Virus record (IMG/VR): IMGVR_UViG_3300049171_000092
Coordinates: 1-64,000 of that record
Source: a virus
Strand: one strand, 5' to 3'
DNA length: 64,000 nucleotides
The notes beneath the pieces are model-generated. The model searched no databases and was not told the DNA's origin. It saw nothing but the letters and a program-made list of their open reading frames with translations. The translations under genes and the position numbers were made by a program. Of this stretch, positions 1 through 8,555 are shown piece after piece (position 1 is the first letter of the stretch; each line of letters begins with the position of its first letter).

Positions 1-155
1 GGGTTCACGGCTGGTGCCTTTCGGGTGGGCCGCCGCCCCGACAGCAGGGCGGCGGCGAGCGGTTCAGGGGCGGGTAATGCCGGGAGAGAAGCGCTGTACG
101 CCCCTGTGAGGCTTCAAAGCGGGCCCAGACGACGCGAGGACCCGCCGGAGGGGGC

Positions 156-188
156 GGGAGGCGCCACAGCGGGCACTGAGCGCCTCCC
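156..188 (-). terminator. Hairpin downstream of the 196..936 gene
   Basis: GGGAGGCGC / GCGCCTCCC 9-bp stem just 3' of the minus-strand stop at 196. Confidence 0.45.
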
Positions 189-195
189 GCGGGGC

Positions 196-936
196 TCACG
201 CGGGCGGAGAGGACGGGCGGGGGTCGTCCTGCCGCGTCTCGGCGGCGGGCCGGGCGGGGTTCGTCAGGCAGGTCTCCGAGGCGGACTGCGTCTCGTCGGC
301 CAGGCGGCGCAGCGCCCCGTCGAGGACCGTGCGCCACCGCTCGTACTGCTCGGGCTCGATGTCGGCGGATCCGTCGTAGCACGCGACCGGGCCGTCCCAG
401 GTGTCCTTCATCGGGGTGAAGGTGTCGAGCACTTCGCGGAGGGCGGCAGCGAGACGGGCGGTGAGGTCGACGGGCGCGGGCAGCACGGCTAGCACCGCGT
501 CGGCCTGCTCCAGGAAGCCCTGGTAGGTCAGGCTGCCCTCCTTGAAGCCGGGCGCGAACACCCAACCGTCGGCCTCGGCCAGGGCGTCGGCGATGCGGTC
601 ACGGAGGGCGGCCCGGTCGACGGGCGTCTCCTGGCCCTCCAGCCGCTCACCGACCCGGAGAAGGTCGGCGACGTCGTCCGCGCCCTGCGCCCGCACATCA
701 TGCCCTTCGGCGCGGAGGCGGGTAGCGACGGCGACGGCGGTCTCGAGGGCGGCCCGGTCGGTGGCGGGCGCCTGCCCGGCAGACGAGGCGGCGAGCAGCG
801 CACGCAGCGCCTCCACCCCGGCGTCCGTCAGGCCGACATCCACCGACCACACCTGCGTGTCGATGTACGTGACGTCCGGCAGATGCAGGATCACACCGCC
901 GTCCGGGTTCGGGGTGATACGGGTCTGGTCGGTCAT
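196..936 (-). CDS. Hypothetical early protein
   Basis: Track ORF 196..1167 trimmed in frame to ATG 934-936 (MTDQTRITPN...). High GC3. Operon-packed. Confidence 0.6.
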   Translation of the reverse strand: MTDQTRITPNPDGGVILHLPDVTYIDTQVWSVDVGLTDAGVEALRALLAASSAGQAPATDRAALETAVAVATRLRAEGHDVRAQGADDVADLLRVGERLEGQETPVDRAALRDRIADALAEADGWVFAPGFKEGSLTYQGFLEQADAVLAVLPAPVDLTARLAAALREVLDTFTPMKDTWDGPVACYDGSADIEPEQYERWRTVLDGALRRLADETQSASETCLTNPARPAAETRQDDPRPSSPPA

Positions 937-1022
937 GGCGGGTCCTTTCGGTGGCTGCCCGGGACAGGGCAGCCACGAGACGGTCGGTACGGCAGGGTGG
1001 GGTTTCGCGGGTCGACCGGTCC

Positions 1023-1268
1023 CTATCCGGCAGGGGCAGTCGCGTCGGTCTGGAACTCGATGACAACCGCCTCGTCGCGGACGTGGAAGCGGAGCGCGTC
1101 GTCGCGCAACGGCTGCTCCCGGTCGAGGCCGTGGTGCTCCCGGTACGCCAGTTCGGCAACCGCCCACGCCTTACCGATCTCCGCGGCGGCGGCACCCCAG
1201 GGTTCGGCGGCGGGGACGATCCAGCGGCGGATCGTGCGGGTGACCGTCTCGGAGGAAAAGTCAGCCAC
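1023..1268 (-). CDS. Hypothetical small protein
   Basis: 81-aa track ORF. GTG start 1266-1268 overlaps the stop of the upstream gene. Confidence 0.55.
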   Translation of the reverse strand: MADFSSETVTRTIRRWIVPAAEPWGAAAAEIGKAWAVAELAYREHHGLDREQPLRDDALRFHVRDEAVVIEFQTDATAPAG

Positions 1269-1662
1269 GGCCGGCCTCCCGGTGCGTGCGGCGGTACACG
1301 CTCAGCGCGGTCATGCCGTTGACCATGAGCTTGGGCGCCTGCTCCTTCGCGAGCCGCAGTGCGGTATCCAGGTCGAAGCGGTGCTCGGCGAGCCAGTCGT
1401 CCTCACGCCCGGACGGGATCGACTCCCACGACCACTCGCCCTGGGCGTTCATGCACTGCCGGTGGCGGACGATGGCCCACCGGTCGTCGCCGCGGTACTC
1501 GACGTTGATCGTGAACGAGAGGCGGTTGACGTCACCCTCGGGCAGCAGCGACACCTCGTAGCCGGTGGCCTGGACGGTCGGCTCGGGGATACCGGGCTGG
1601 ACGTGGCCGAGGGCTTCGCGGATCTCCCGCATCGTCATCGCGGGACGGGACTGGTCGGTCAT
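1261..1662 (-). CDS. Hypothetical early protein
   Basis: Track ORF trimmed in frame to ATG 1660-1662. GGAGGAA-type SD lies just upstream. Confidence 0.6.
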   Translation of the reverse strand: MTDQSRPAMTMREIREALGHVQPGIPEPTVQATGYEVSLLPEGDVNRLSFTINVEYRGDDRWAIVRHRQCMNAQGEWSWESIPSGREDDWLAEHRFDLDTALRLAKEQAPKLMVNGMTALSVYRRTHREAGRG

Positions 1663-1697
1663 GGGTTCCTCCGGGTGGGGTGGGTAAGGTCGGGCCA

Positions 1698-1732
1698 GAC
1701 CCCGGGGCGCGATAGGCGCGCGCCCCGGGGTC
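1698..1732 (-). terminator. Strong intra-operon hairpin
   Basis: GACCCCGGGGCGCG / CGCGCCCCGGGGTC 14-bp stem between the methylase gene and the next gene. Confidence 0.5.
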
Positions 1733-1771
1733 ACGGCAGTCACGGGGCGGGGTGGGGCGGTCGGCGGGACA

Positions 1772-2881
1772 TCAGGCGGCCTGCTGTTCAGAGAGGCCGT
1801 GAACCGCGCGACCGTGCAGCAGCCGGAGGGCGTGGGCGCCTTGCTGCCAGACGACGCCGTTCCCGATCGCGCGGAGCTGGTCCTCGTAGGACAGGCCGGG
1901 TACGGCGGTGATGTGGCCAGCCGCGAGGCCCTGCATCCACTCGGAGAAGGCCGGGTTGAGGCGGCGTCCGCCCCGCGGGCCGGTGATGGTGGGCTCCGGT
2001 GCGGGCCGCCCGATCACGTTCTCCCAGCGGCGGATGGCGGGTCCGTAGTCGACGCCGTTGGTGCCGACCCAGTCGCCGCGGCGAGGCAACCAGTTCACGG
2101 CGAACTCGTTCAACGGCCGGGAGTTGGTGCCCATCAAGTTGGAGGCGCCGGACTTCCAGTCCCGAGCCGCCGGCGTGGGCAGCAGGGTCACGTCTCCTGC
2201 GGGGGCAGCAGCGTGACCGCGGTCCGCAGATTCATGCCGCCCTTGCGCTTGGGCGAGGTTCCCGGCCCGCCGGTGCCGTCGGAGGTCGTGGGGGTCGGCA
2301 TCAGCGCGCCAGGCGAGGATGAACTCCCGCCACCGTTCGTGCGGTGCTCCGACGGCGGGATCGCTGGCGGGAAGACCGATCCACTCCGCATCGAACCCGA
2401 GGTCGGCCAAGTCGCCGAGTACAGCTCCGAGTGCTCGCAGAACAGGTTCGTCGCCGCGGTCTCCCACACACCACGGGCAGGGTTCCAAGTCGCTATGGGC
2501 TGGGGCCGAGCAGAGACCTCGGACATTCTCGATCACCACGAATCGGGGGTTGAGGGCCTGGATGCCGCGAGCGCAGTCGATCCACAGCCCGGAACGAGTA
2601 CCAGGGCGAAGACCGGCGCCGAGGCCGGCAAGGGACAGGTCAGTGCAGGGAAAACCCATGGCGGCAAGATCGACCGGCCCGTACTGCCGGAGCGTGCGAG
2701 CCCAGTGGACGAACCGGATGTCGCCCAGATTCGGCACCTCGGGCCAGTGGTGGGCGAGGATCTTCGACGCGCCCGGGTCCGGGTCCGCGTGGAACACGGT
2801 CTGGCCGCCGAACACGGCCTGCACAGCCATCTCCAGGCCGCCGAAGCCCGAGCAGAACGAGGCGATACGGAGGTCGCTCAT
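1772..2881 (-). CDS. dcm: DNA (cytosine-5)-methyltransferase, no adjacent restriction enzyme
   Basis: FCSGFGG (motif I), GFPCTDLS (PC motif IV), IENV (VI), AIGNGVV (X). Trimmed to ATG 2879-2881. Confidence 0.9.
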   Translation of the reverse strand: MSDLRIASFCSGFGGLEMAVQAVFGGQTVFHADPDPGASKILAHHWPEVPNLGDIRFVHWARTLRQYGPVDLAAMGFPCTDLSLAGLGAGLRPGTRSGLWIDCARGIQALNPRFVVIENVRGLCSAPAHSDLEPCPWCVGDRGDEPVLRALGAVLGDLADLGFDAEWIGLPASDPAVGAPHERWREFILAWRADADPHDLRRHRRAGNLAQAQGRHESADRGHAAAPAGDVTLLPTPAARDWKSGASNLMGTNSRPLNEFAVNWLPRRGDWVGTNGVDYGPAIRRWENVIGRPAPEPTITGPRGGRRLNPAFSEWMQGLAAGHITAVPGLSYEDQLRAIGNGVVWQQGAHALRLLHGRAVHGLSEQQAA

Positions 2882-3336
2882 GCGGCGGCCTCCTGCGGCC
2901 GGTGTTCGGCGGGCAGGTCGGCGTCGCAGTAGAAGCCGATGGCCAGGTGCAGGCCGTGGTCCTCGACGACCTTCCACACCGCCGTCTCCGTGCACAGCGG
3001 CCGGCCGTCCTGCTCGCGGTGGAAGTTGGTGGTGCAGTCCGCCAGGTCGGTGTAGTCGGGCAGCACCCATCCGCCGGGACGGTGGAAGACCCGCACTTCG
3101 GGCTCGGCCTCCGCAGGGTCCGGGTCCGGCTCCGGCTCGTCGGCTTCGCATTCGTCGTGAACGCAGATCGGGTCACCGGCGGCAATACCGCAGCCGCAGC
3201 ACTGCAAAAGCGTTCCGCTCTCGCCGGTCTTCGGGTCGAACCAGAGAACGACGTGCGGGTTCTCGGTGGTGCCGCAGTCCTGACAGTTAGTGGGCCCGGT
3301 GTGGCCGTGGGCACGGGCGATGTCGATGGTGGTCAT
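2878..3336 (-). CDS. Hypothetical Cys-rich protein
   Basis: Trimmed to ATG 3334-3336 (MTTIDIARAH...). CQDC and CCGC clusters. ATGA overlap with the methylase gene. Confidence 0.6.
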   Translation of the reverse strand: MTTIDIARAHGHTGPTNCQDCGTTENPHVVLWFDPKTGESGTLLQCCGCGIAAGDPICVHDECEADEPEPDPDPAEAEPEVRVFHRPGGWVLPDYTDLADCTTNFHREQDGRPLCTETAVWKVVEDHGLHLAIGFYCDADLPAEHRPQEAAA

Positions 3337-4073
3337 CGGGTACCTGTCTCCTCGGTGTCGTGGGCTCGGACGGGGCCGCGGATGCGTCGGAACTCGAGGC
3401 CGGGTTCGCCGGGTCGGTAGCCGTAGCAGCCGTCGAGCGATCCGCCGCAGGCCCGGCACTTGGGCCGGTCGAACCAGGTGCCGCGGTCGCAGTCCCCGCA
3501 GCGGGTGATCCATGCGGTCCGGCCGCGAGTCGACGTCCAGTCGGGGTGGCCACCGTGGCGGCGCTGCACGTTGGCGGCGATCCGGTAGTTCCGGGCGTCG
3601 ATCTCCGGGTCGTCCCACGCGTTGTACTGCTTGGGTTCGTGGCCGATGAGAACGAGCTCCCCGCCGGGCCAACGGCAGGCGCACTCCCCGGCGGGGTGGC
3701 CGCAAGCAAGGCTCTCGCCGAACTCGTAGGCCTTCTCGACGCGGGGAACGCCGGGCCCTTTCACCTCGAGCCAGCAACCGATGTCCGGGAGACGGAAGTC
3801 GGGGATGTAGGTGGCCCCGGACGGCAGGGTGATCGTCTCGGGCTCGTACTCCCACGCGATGTCGAGGGTGTCGAGGGTGGCCGCCCAAGACGCTTCGAGC
3901 GCGGAGCGGAACGTGGTGCCGGCATAGGAGGTGGGCAGCGCCTCGTGGGTCATGCCGTCGGCGAGAGCGCCGGGCTGGCCGGGTATGTGGCTGCTGCGGG
4001 TGGCGTACTGCTCGAGACGCTCGGTAACCGCGTCGCCTGCCGAGACGCAGTGCCAGTTGCGTTGGATGGTCAT
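3333..4073 (-). CDS. PD-(D/E)xK-type nuclease-like protein with C-terminal Cys4 ribbon
   Basis: SALEASWAATLD..WEYEP..YIPDF..WLEVKG nuclease-core pattern. C-terminal CGDC...CRAC. Trimmed to ATG 4071-4073. Confidence 0.6.
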   Translation of the reverse strand: MTIQRNWHCVSAGDAVTERLEQYATRSSHIPGQPGALADGMTHEALPTSYAGTTFRSALEASWAATLDTLDIAWEYEPETITLPSGATYIPDFRLPDIGCWLEVKGPGVPRVEKAYEFGESLACGHPAGECACRWPGGELVLIGHEPKQYNAWDDPEIDARNYRIAANVQRRHGGHPDWTSTRGRTAWITRCGDCDRGTWFDRPKCRACGGSLDGCYGYRPGEPGLEFRRIRGPVRAHDTEETGTR

Positions 4074-4078
4074 GGCGG

Positions 4079-5440
4079 TCACCCGGCCATGGACCGGAGC
4101 CGGGCGAACCGGCCCTGGAAGGCGAGGGACACGATGCGGCCGGAGGCGCCGTTGCGGTTCTTCGCGACGATCAGGTCGATCTCGCCGGCTCGCGGTCCGG
4201 TGTCGGTGCCGTCTTCGGCGAGTGGCCGGTGCATCAGGATGATCACGTTGGAGTCCTGCTCGATGCTGGAGGAGTCCTTGAAGTCGGACACGAGGGGCTG
4301 CCGTCCGACGGCGCCGCGGTTGAACTGGGCCAGCGCCACCACGGGGATCTCGAACTCCATCGCCAGGAGCTTCAGGCCGCGGGAGAGTTCGGCGACCTCG
4401 TTGGCGCGGGTCTTTTCTTTCTTTCCGTTCGACTCGGGGGTCAGCAGCTGCAGGTAGTCGGCGACGAGGATCGCCGGAGCGTGGCCGGAGGCCGCCATCC
4501 ACCGGACGCGGGCGCGGATCTTGCCCAGGGTGAGGTTCGGGGAGTCGTCGAGGATGAAGTTCGCGGCGTTCTGCATCTTCGGCGCGGCGCGAAACACCTT
4601 CTCCCAGTCGGCGGCCTCGAGCTTGCGGCGCACCAGGTGGTCGACGTCGACACCTGCTTCGGCGGCGGTGAGGCGGGCCATGAGTTCACTGCCGCCCATC
4701 TCCAGGGAGGCGACGAGGGCGGGCCGGCCGCGGGTGAGGGCGACGTGCGCGGCGAGGTTCATGCCGAAGAGGGATTTGCCCTGGCCGGTGCCGGCGCCGA
4801 CGGTGATGAGCTGGCCGGGCTTGAGTTCGATGATGTCGTTGAGGTCGGGCCAGGGGGTGTCGAGGGCGCGGGGGTCCTTGCCGGCTTCGAGTTCGTCGAT
4901 GAAACCCATCCATCGGTCGGCGACGGACAGCTTCTCGTCGACGGTGTCGACGCCCTTGGCGGCGGCCTGGAGGTCGGCCATGGCCGCTTCGAGGATCTCG
5001 GAGGCGGTGTTCGCGGCGGTGAGGACGCGCTGGCTGGCCTTGCGGGTCGCGGTGAGGACGGCACGGAGCTGGGCGTGTTCGCGGACGATCGCGGCGTATC
5101 CGGCTGCGTTGCCGACGACGGGCACGGACTGGGCGAGCTGGTGGAGGTAGGCGGCGCCGCCGACCTTGGTGAGTTCTCCGCTGGCGAGGAGCTCGGCGGA
5201 GACGGTGATGGGGTCGATCTTCGGCTTCCGGTCGCGGCAGTACATGTCGAGGACGGTGCGGTAGATGATCTGGTGGCGCTGCTCGTAGAAGTCCTCGTGG
5301 CCGGAGAGGGTCCGGTCGAGGGTGTCGATGGCGGCCAGGTCGAAGAACACGGAGCCGAGGGCGGCCCTCTCGGCTTCGAGGTTGTGGGGGGCGGCCTGCT
5401 CGTCGGTCAGGGTCTCGGGCTCCCACAGTGGCTCGGTCAT
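4079..5440 (-). CDS. dnaB: Replicative DNA helicase DnaB
   Basis: N-terminal NLEAERAALGS. Walker A GAGTGQGKS. ILVADYLQLL. IAKNRNG near the C-terminus. Trimmed to ATG 5438-5440. Confidence 0.9.
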   Translation of the reverse strand: MTEPLWEPETLTDEQAAPHNLEAERAALGSVFFDLAAIDTLDRTLSGHEDFYEQRHQIIYRTVLDMYCRDRKPKIDPITVSAELLASGELTKVGGAAYLHQLAQSVPVVGNAAGYAAIVREHAQLRAVLTATRKASQRVLTAANTASEILEAAMADLQAAAKGVDTVDEKLSVADRWMGFIDELEAGKDPRALDTPWPDLNDIIELKPGQLITVGAGTGQGKSLFGMNLAAHVALTRGRPALVASLEMGGSELMARLTAAEAGVDVDHLVRRKLEAADWEKVFRAAPKMQNAANFILDDSPNLTLGKIRARVRWMAASGHAPAILVADYLQLLTPESNGKKEKTRANEVAELSRGLKLLAMEFEIPVVALAQFNRGAVGRQPLVSDFKDSSSIEQDSNVIILMHRPLAEDGTDTGPRAGEIDLIVAKNRNGASGRIVSLAFQGRFARLRSMAG

Positions 5441-6429
5441 GCGGCGTGGCCTTTCTTGGCATTGGGGTGGCAGTCGGGGCAGGGGTGGACTCGGCGGAGG
5501 CCGTTGTCGTCTTCGGTTTCGCGGAGCCGGCTGGCGGGGTCGCAGTCGGGGTGGCCGCAGTGCGGGGGTCTCTGAGCGCCGTTCTCCGGTACGGCCTGTG
5601 TCTGGCGGGAGGGGTGCCAGGGGGAGCCGACGGGTGGCGGCTCGTACTCGCGCCAGATGTCGATCAGCAGGGTGCCGAACCGGATGGGGTTTCTGGGGTT
5701 CCAGCGGGTGGCGGCGAGGTGGACGAGGTACGGGACGCCGTGGGTCTTCATCAGCTGCTGGACGATGACCCACTGGAAGCTGCTGACGCGGCTCCAGCTG
5801 ACGGCTATGCCTTTGACGCCGAGGGCTTCGATGAGGGGCTTGGCCCAGTCGGGGGTGCGGGCGCTGCCTGCTTGCGTACTTACGTAGTTAGAAAGATTCG
5901 GTGGAAGTGTGCTTCCGGTCGTTCCTTCCTGACCTGCGGTTTCGTGTTGCGGCGGAGTCGCCGACCGGGTGGAAGTGTGCTTCCGGTCGGTCCGGGTGGA
6001 AGTGTGCTTCCGGTCGTTCTTCTCTGACCTGCGGGTTCGCTCGTTCTCGGTGGTGTTACCGACGGTTGACCGACCGGAAGTGGGCTTCCGCCCGGTCGAC
6101 CGACCGGAAGTGGGCTTCCAGTCGGTCGCCTTGAGAGTGCGCTTCTTTTCGCAGGCCAGGTCCCACACGAGAGGGCGCCGGTCCGGCGGGAAGTGAGCGA
6201 CTACGGCCGGGTCTCCGGGACGGATGAGGCCGGCCTTCTCCATCGCGTTGAGGTCGTTACGGACGGCCCGGTCGGACTTGCGGGCGTACTCGGCGAGGAG
6301 CTCCTGAGAGGGGCAGGCGCCGCGGCCTTCCTTGTCGGCATGGCGAGCCAGTCCGATGAGGACCGGGATCCAGTGCGGCGACACGTCGGGCGCCGACTCA
6401 ATCACCCACATCAGGGCCTCTTTACTCAC
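5437..6429 (-). CDS. Replication-initiator-like protein (N-terminal winged-helix) with repeat-encoded linker
   Basis: GTG start 6427-6429. wHTH-like N-terminus (SQELLAEYARKSDRAVRNDLNAMEKAGLI). Sits directly upstream of dnaB. Internal peptide repeats KPTSGRST x2 and DRKHTSTR x2 are encoded by the DNA iterons. Confidence 0.55.
   Translation of the reverse strand: MSKEALMWVIESAPDVSPHWIPVLIGLARHADKEGRGACPSQELLAEYARKSDRAVRNDLNAMEKAGLIRPGDPAVVAHFPPDRRPLVWDLACEKKRTLKATDWKPTSGRSTGRKPTSGRSTVGNTTENERTRRSEKNDRKHTSTRTDRKHTSTRSATPPQHETAGQEGTTGSTLPPNLSNYVSTQAGSARTPDWAKPLIEALGVKGIAVSWSRVSSFQWVIVQQLMKTHGVPYLVHLAATRWNPRNPIRFGTLLIDIWREYEPPPVGSPWHPSRQTQAVPENGAQRPPHCGHPDCDPASRLRETEDDNGLRRVHPCPDCHPNAKKGHAA
5900..6119. 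repeat. Iteron array (candidate origin of replication) inside the initiator gene
   Basis: GGTGGAAGTGTGCTTCCGGTCG at 5900-5921, 5968-5989 and 5995-6016. GACCGACCGGAAGTGGGCTTCC at 6068-6089 and 6098-6119. Each contains the palindrome GGAAG-N4-CTTCC. Confidence 0.7.
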
Positions 6430-6524
6430 GGGAATCTCTTCTCAGGAGGGGTGTCTCTTCGGGTTGATCAGCTGGCTTGGGACAGCCCTCAGGGGGGCGA
6501 TCGATGCGGCTGGCGCATCTCGCT

Positions 6525-6562
6525 ATAGCCAACATACACTTGGACACATGAATGTTGGCTAT
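6525..6562. promoter_or_regulatory. Inverted repeat in the divergent promoter region
   Basis: ATAGCCAACAT (6525-6535) and ATGTTGGCTAT (6552-6562), 11-bp perfect arms with a 16-nt spacer. Located in a lower-GC gap between the initiator gene and the plus-strand HTH gene. Confidence 0.55.
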
Positions 6563-6608
6563 GGTTGTGCAACTGGATGTGGCCTAGGCCGTGTGGGACC
6601 ATGCGGCC

Positions 6609-6872
6609 ATGACCGAGGAGGAGACCGTGACCCGCCTGAAGGAGGCGGCCAAGGCGAAGCGAGACGCCGAAGAGGCCGCGGCCAAGCAGTTCGAAGCCGC
6701 CGTCGTCGACGCCCTGCGCTCCGGCCTGAAGCCGGCAAAGGTCGCCGACGCGACCGGCTACAGCTACGAGACGATCCGGCGCATCGCCCGCGCCAACGAC
6801 ATCGGCCGCCTGCGCGAGCCAACCGTTACCAGCAGAAAGAAAGCCCAGCCGGGGGGCGAGCCCTCGGCCTGA
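6609..6872 (+). CDS. Small HTH DNA-binding protein
   Basis: Track ORF 6591..6872. ATG 6609 preferred, GTG 6591 possible. KPAKVADATGYSYETIRRIAR looks like an HTH. Confidence 0.5.
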   Translation: MTEEETVTRLKEAAKAKRDAEEAAAKQFEAAVVDALRSGLKPAKVADATGYSYETIRRIARANDIGRLREPTVTSRKKAQPGGEPSA

Positions 6873-6887
6873 CCGAGGGGATCCCGT

Positions 6888-7358
6888 ATGTACCTGGACG
6901 ACCACCGCACGGCGCTGTACCGCCTCTTCGACGCAGACGGCGCGTTGCTCTATGTCGGCATTACCTACGACACCGAGCAGCGTTTCGCCTCGCACAGGAA
7001 CAGTTCGCCCTGGTGGAAGGACGTCGCCAGCGAGAGCATCGAGTGGCACGGCAGTCGTCGCCTGGCCCTCGCTGCGGAGTCGGCGGCCATAAAGGCTGAA
7101 CGTCCGCGCCACAACATCAGCGGGTCGCCGTGGGCGCCTGGACCTCGAGAGCTGAACCCCGAGGAGAGGACGATGGGCGAGCTGCGGTCGAACGTGACCG
7201 AACTCTGTACGCAGGTGCGGTACCTCAACACCGCGTTCGTCGTGGTTGACCGCACCAAGGCGCGTCGCCCGATCGCCGCGCTCGTCTCGATGGACTTCTA
7301 CGAGCGGGCCCTCGAGGCGCTCAACGAGCGCACCAGTCCGGCCGAGTCCGACGACTAG
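6888..7358 (+). CDS. GIY-YIG nuclease domain fused to a Phd/YefM-antitoxin-like C-terminal domain
   Basis: N-terminus LYRLFDADGALLYVGITYD..RFASH...AE..AIKAERPRHN. C-terminus MGELRSNVTELCTQVRYLNTAFVVVDRTKARRPIAALVSMDFYERALEAL. GAGGGGA SD. Confidence 0.65.
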   Translation: MYLDDHRTALYRLFDADGALLYVGITYDTEQRFASHRNSSPWWKDVASESIEWHGSRRLALAAESAAIKAERPRHNISGSPWAPGPRELNPEERTMGELRSNVTELCTQVRYLNTAFVVVDRTKARRPIAALVSMDFYERALEALNERTSPAESDD

Positions 7359-7382
7359 CATCCGTCCCCTCCTCCCTCCTCC

Positions 7383-7409
7383 GGGGCCCCGCGGTTGCGG
7401 GGCCCTTTG
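7383..7409. terminator. Bidirectional terminator between convergent genes
   Basis: GGGGCCCCGC ggtt GCGGGGCCC followed by TTTGT. Confidence 0.6.
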
Positions 7410-7452
7410 TCGTGCGGTGGTGTGCCTGGTCAGTGGTGGTGCTGGCTGGCGG

Positions 7453-7704
7453 TCATGCGGCGGTTCGGTTGCGTTGGTGCAGGTGTCGGCGTTCGGTTTC
7501 GGTGAGGCCGCCCCATACGCCGTCGGTGATGCCGTGTTCGAGGGCCCAGGTCAGGCAGTGGTCGGTGACGGGGCAGCGTCGGCAGATGGCTTTGGCGGCG
7601 GCGATGACGTATTCCGAGCTGGGGCCGGTGTCGGAGGCGGGGAAGAAGATGTCGGGGAGGTCTTCGTTGCTGCAGGCGGCTTGGTGCCGCCAGTCGCCGG
7701 TCAC
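7453..7704 (-). CDS. whiB: WhiB-like (Wbl) Fe-S transcription factor
   Basis: Four Cys (C-x29-C-x2-C-x5-C), GVWGG turn and basic C-terminus. Confidence 0.9.
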   Translation of the reverse strand: MTGDWRHQAACSNEDLPDIFFPASDTGPSSEYVIAAAKAICRRCPVTDHCLTWALEHGITDGVWGGLTETERRHLHQRNRTAA

Positions 7705-8555
7705 GCGGCGACCTCCACGGCGTATTCGGGGTGGTCGCGGAAGGCGTGGTCGATGTACGACTTGGCGACGCCGAGGCGTTCGGCGGCGGAGGCGCGGTCG
7801 AGGCCGATGGTGGTCATGACCCAGTGCGCGTCCTGGGCGACGATCTCCCGGCGGGTGAGCCCGTACATGGGCTCGAAGTGCGGATCGTCGATGGCTCCCG
7901 GGTGCTGGTCCCAGTAGCCGGGAGTGGGCCAGCGCTTCTCCTTGGCTAGGCCGCGGATGCGTTTGGCGACTCGAGGTTCGATGCCGTTCCGGGTGGGCTT
8001 CTTCGTCTTGAGCGTGTCGTAGGCGCGGGCGACTTTCTCTGCTGTGGCGGCGAGGACAGGCCGGTCCTGCTCGGTGCGCCGGATGAGGTCGCCGGCGTAG
8101 GTCGGGTTGAGGCCCAGGTATTCGGCTACGCGGCGAATGGGCCAGCCCATGGCGGCGAGCGCTTGGATGCGGCGCCGGGTTCCGGTTCCGTCGACATGCC
8201 CGGAGGTGGCCGTCTCGATGGTGACGTTGAGGATCTTGCGGGCGATCTCGGGTGTGGTGCGGTGCTTCTTAGCGCGGTGGCCGGTGGTGGAGGGGAGGAA
8301 GGATCGGACGGTCCAGTCGTCGACGCCTGCCGCGAGGGAGATGCGGTAGGTGCTGATGCCGGCGGAGTGGAGTCGCAGGATGTGCTCGCGTACCGGCTGG
8401 GCGTCGACGAGGGCGGGCTGGCCTTCGCGCTTCCGGCGTCGGAGATCTCGCTGCCACTGCCGCCTGCGTTCGACGCATTCGGGGCGCCGGCAGCGGTAGT
8501 CGGTGTAGCAGGTGAGGTTGCGGTGGTGGGGGGCTTCGCGGACGGCGGTGGTCAC
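7701..8555 (-). CDS. Multi-HTH DNA-binding protein
   Basis: Trimmed to GTG 8553-8555 with an AAGGAG SD. Several HTH-like segments (IRRVAEYLGLNPTYAGDLIRR; ASAAERLGVAKSYIDHAF). Confidence 0.55.
   Translation of the reverse strand: MTTAVREAPHHRNLTCYTDYRCRRPECVERRRQWQRDLRRRKREGQPALVDAQPVREHILRLHSAGISTYRISLAAGVDDWTVRSFLPSTTGHRAKKHRTTPEIARKILNVTIETATSGHVDGTGTRRRIQALAAMGWPIRRVAEYLGLNPTYAGDLIRRTEQDRPVLAATAEKVARAYDTLKTKKPTRNGIEPRVAKRIRGLAKEKRWPTPGYWDQHPGAIDDPHFEPMYGLTRREIVAQDAHWVMTTIGLDRASAAERLGVAKSYIDHAFRDHPEYAVEVAA

Noticed and set aside
4079-5773. Long N-terminal extensions of track ORFs (e.g. DnaB 564 aa, methylase 459 aa, portal 606 aa)
   Set aside because: The extensions are Arg/Pro-rich, overlap the preceding gene and lack an SD. 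The in-frame downstream starts with stop-start overlaps give canonical protein lengths.
5900-6119. Possible CRISPR array
   Set aside because: There are only five 22-bp repeats of two types with irregular spacing. They lie inside an ORF where they encode peptide repeats, and there are no cas genes. An iteron interpretation fits better.
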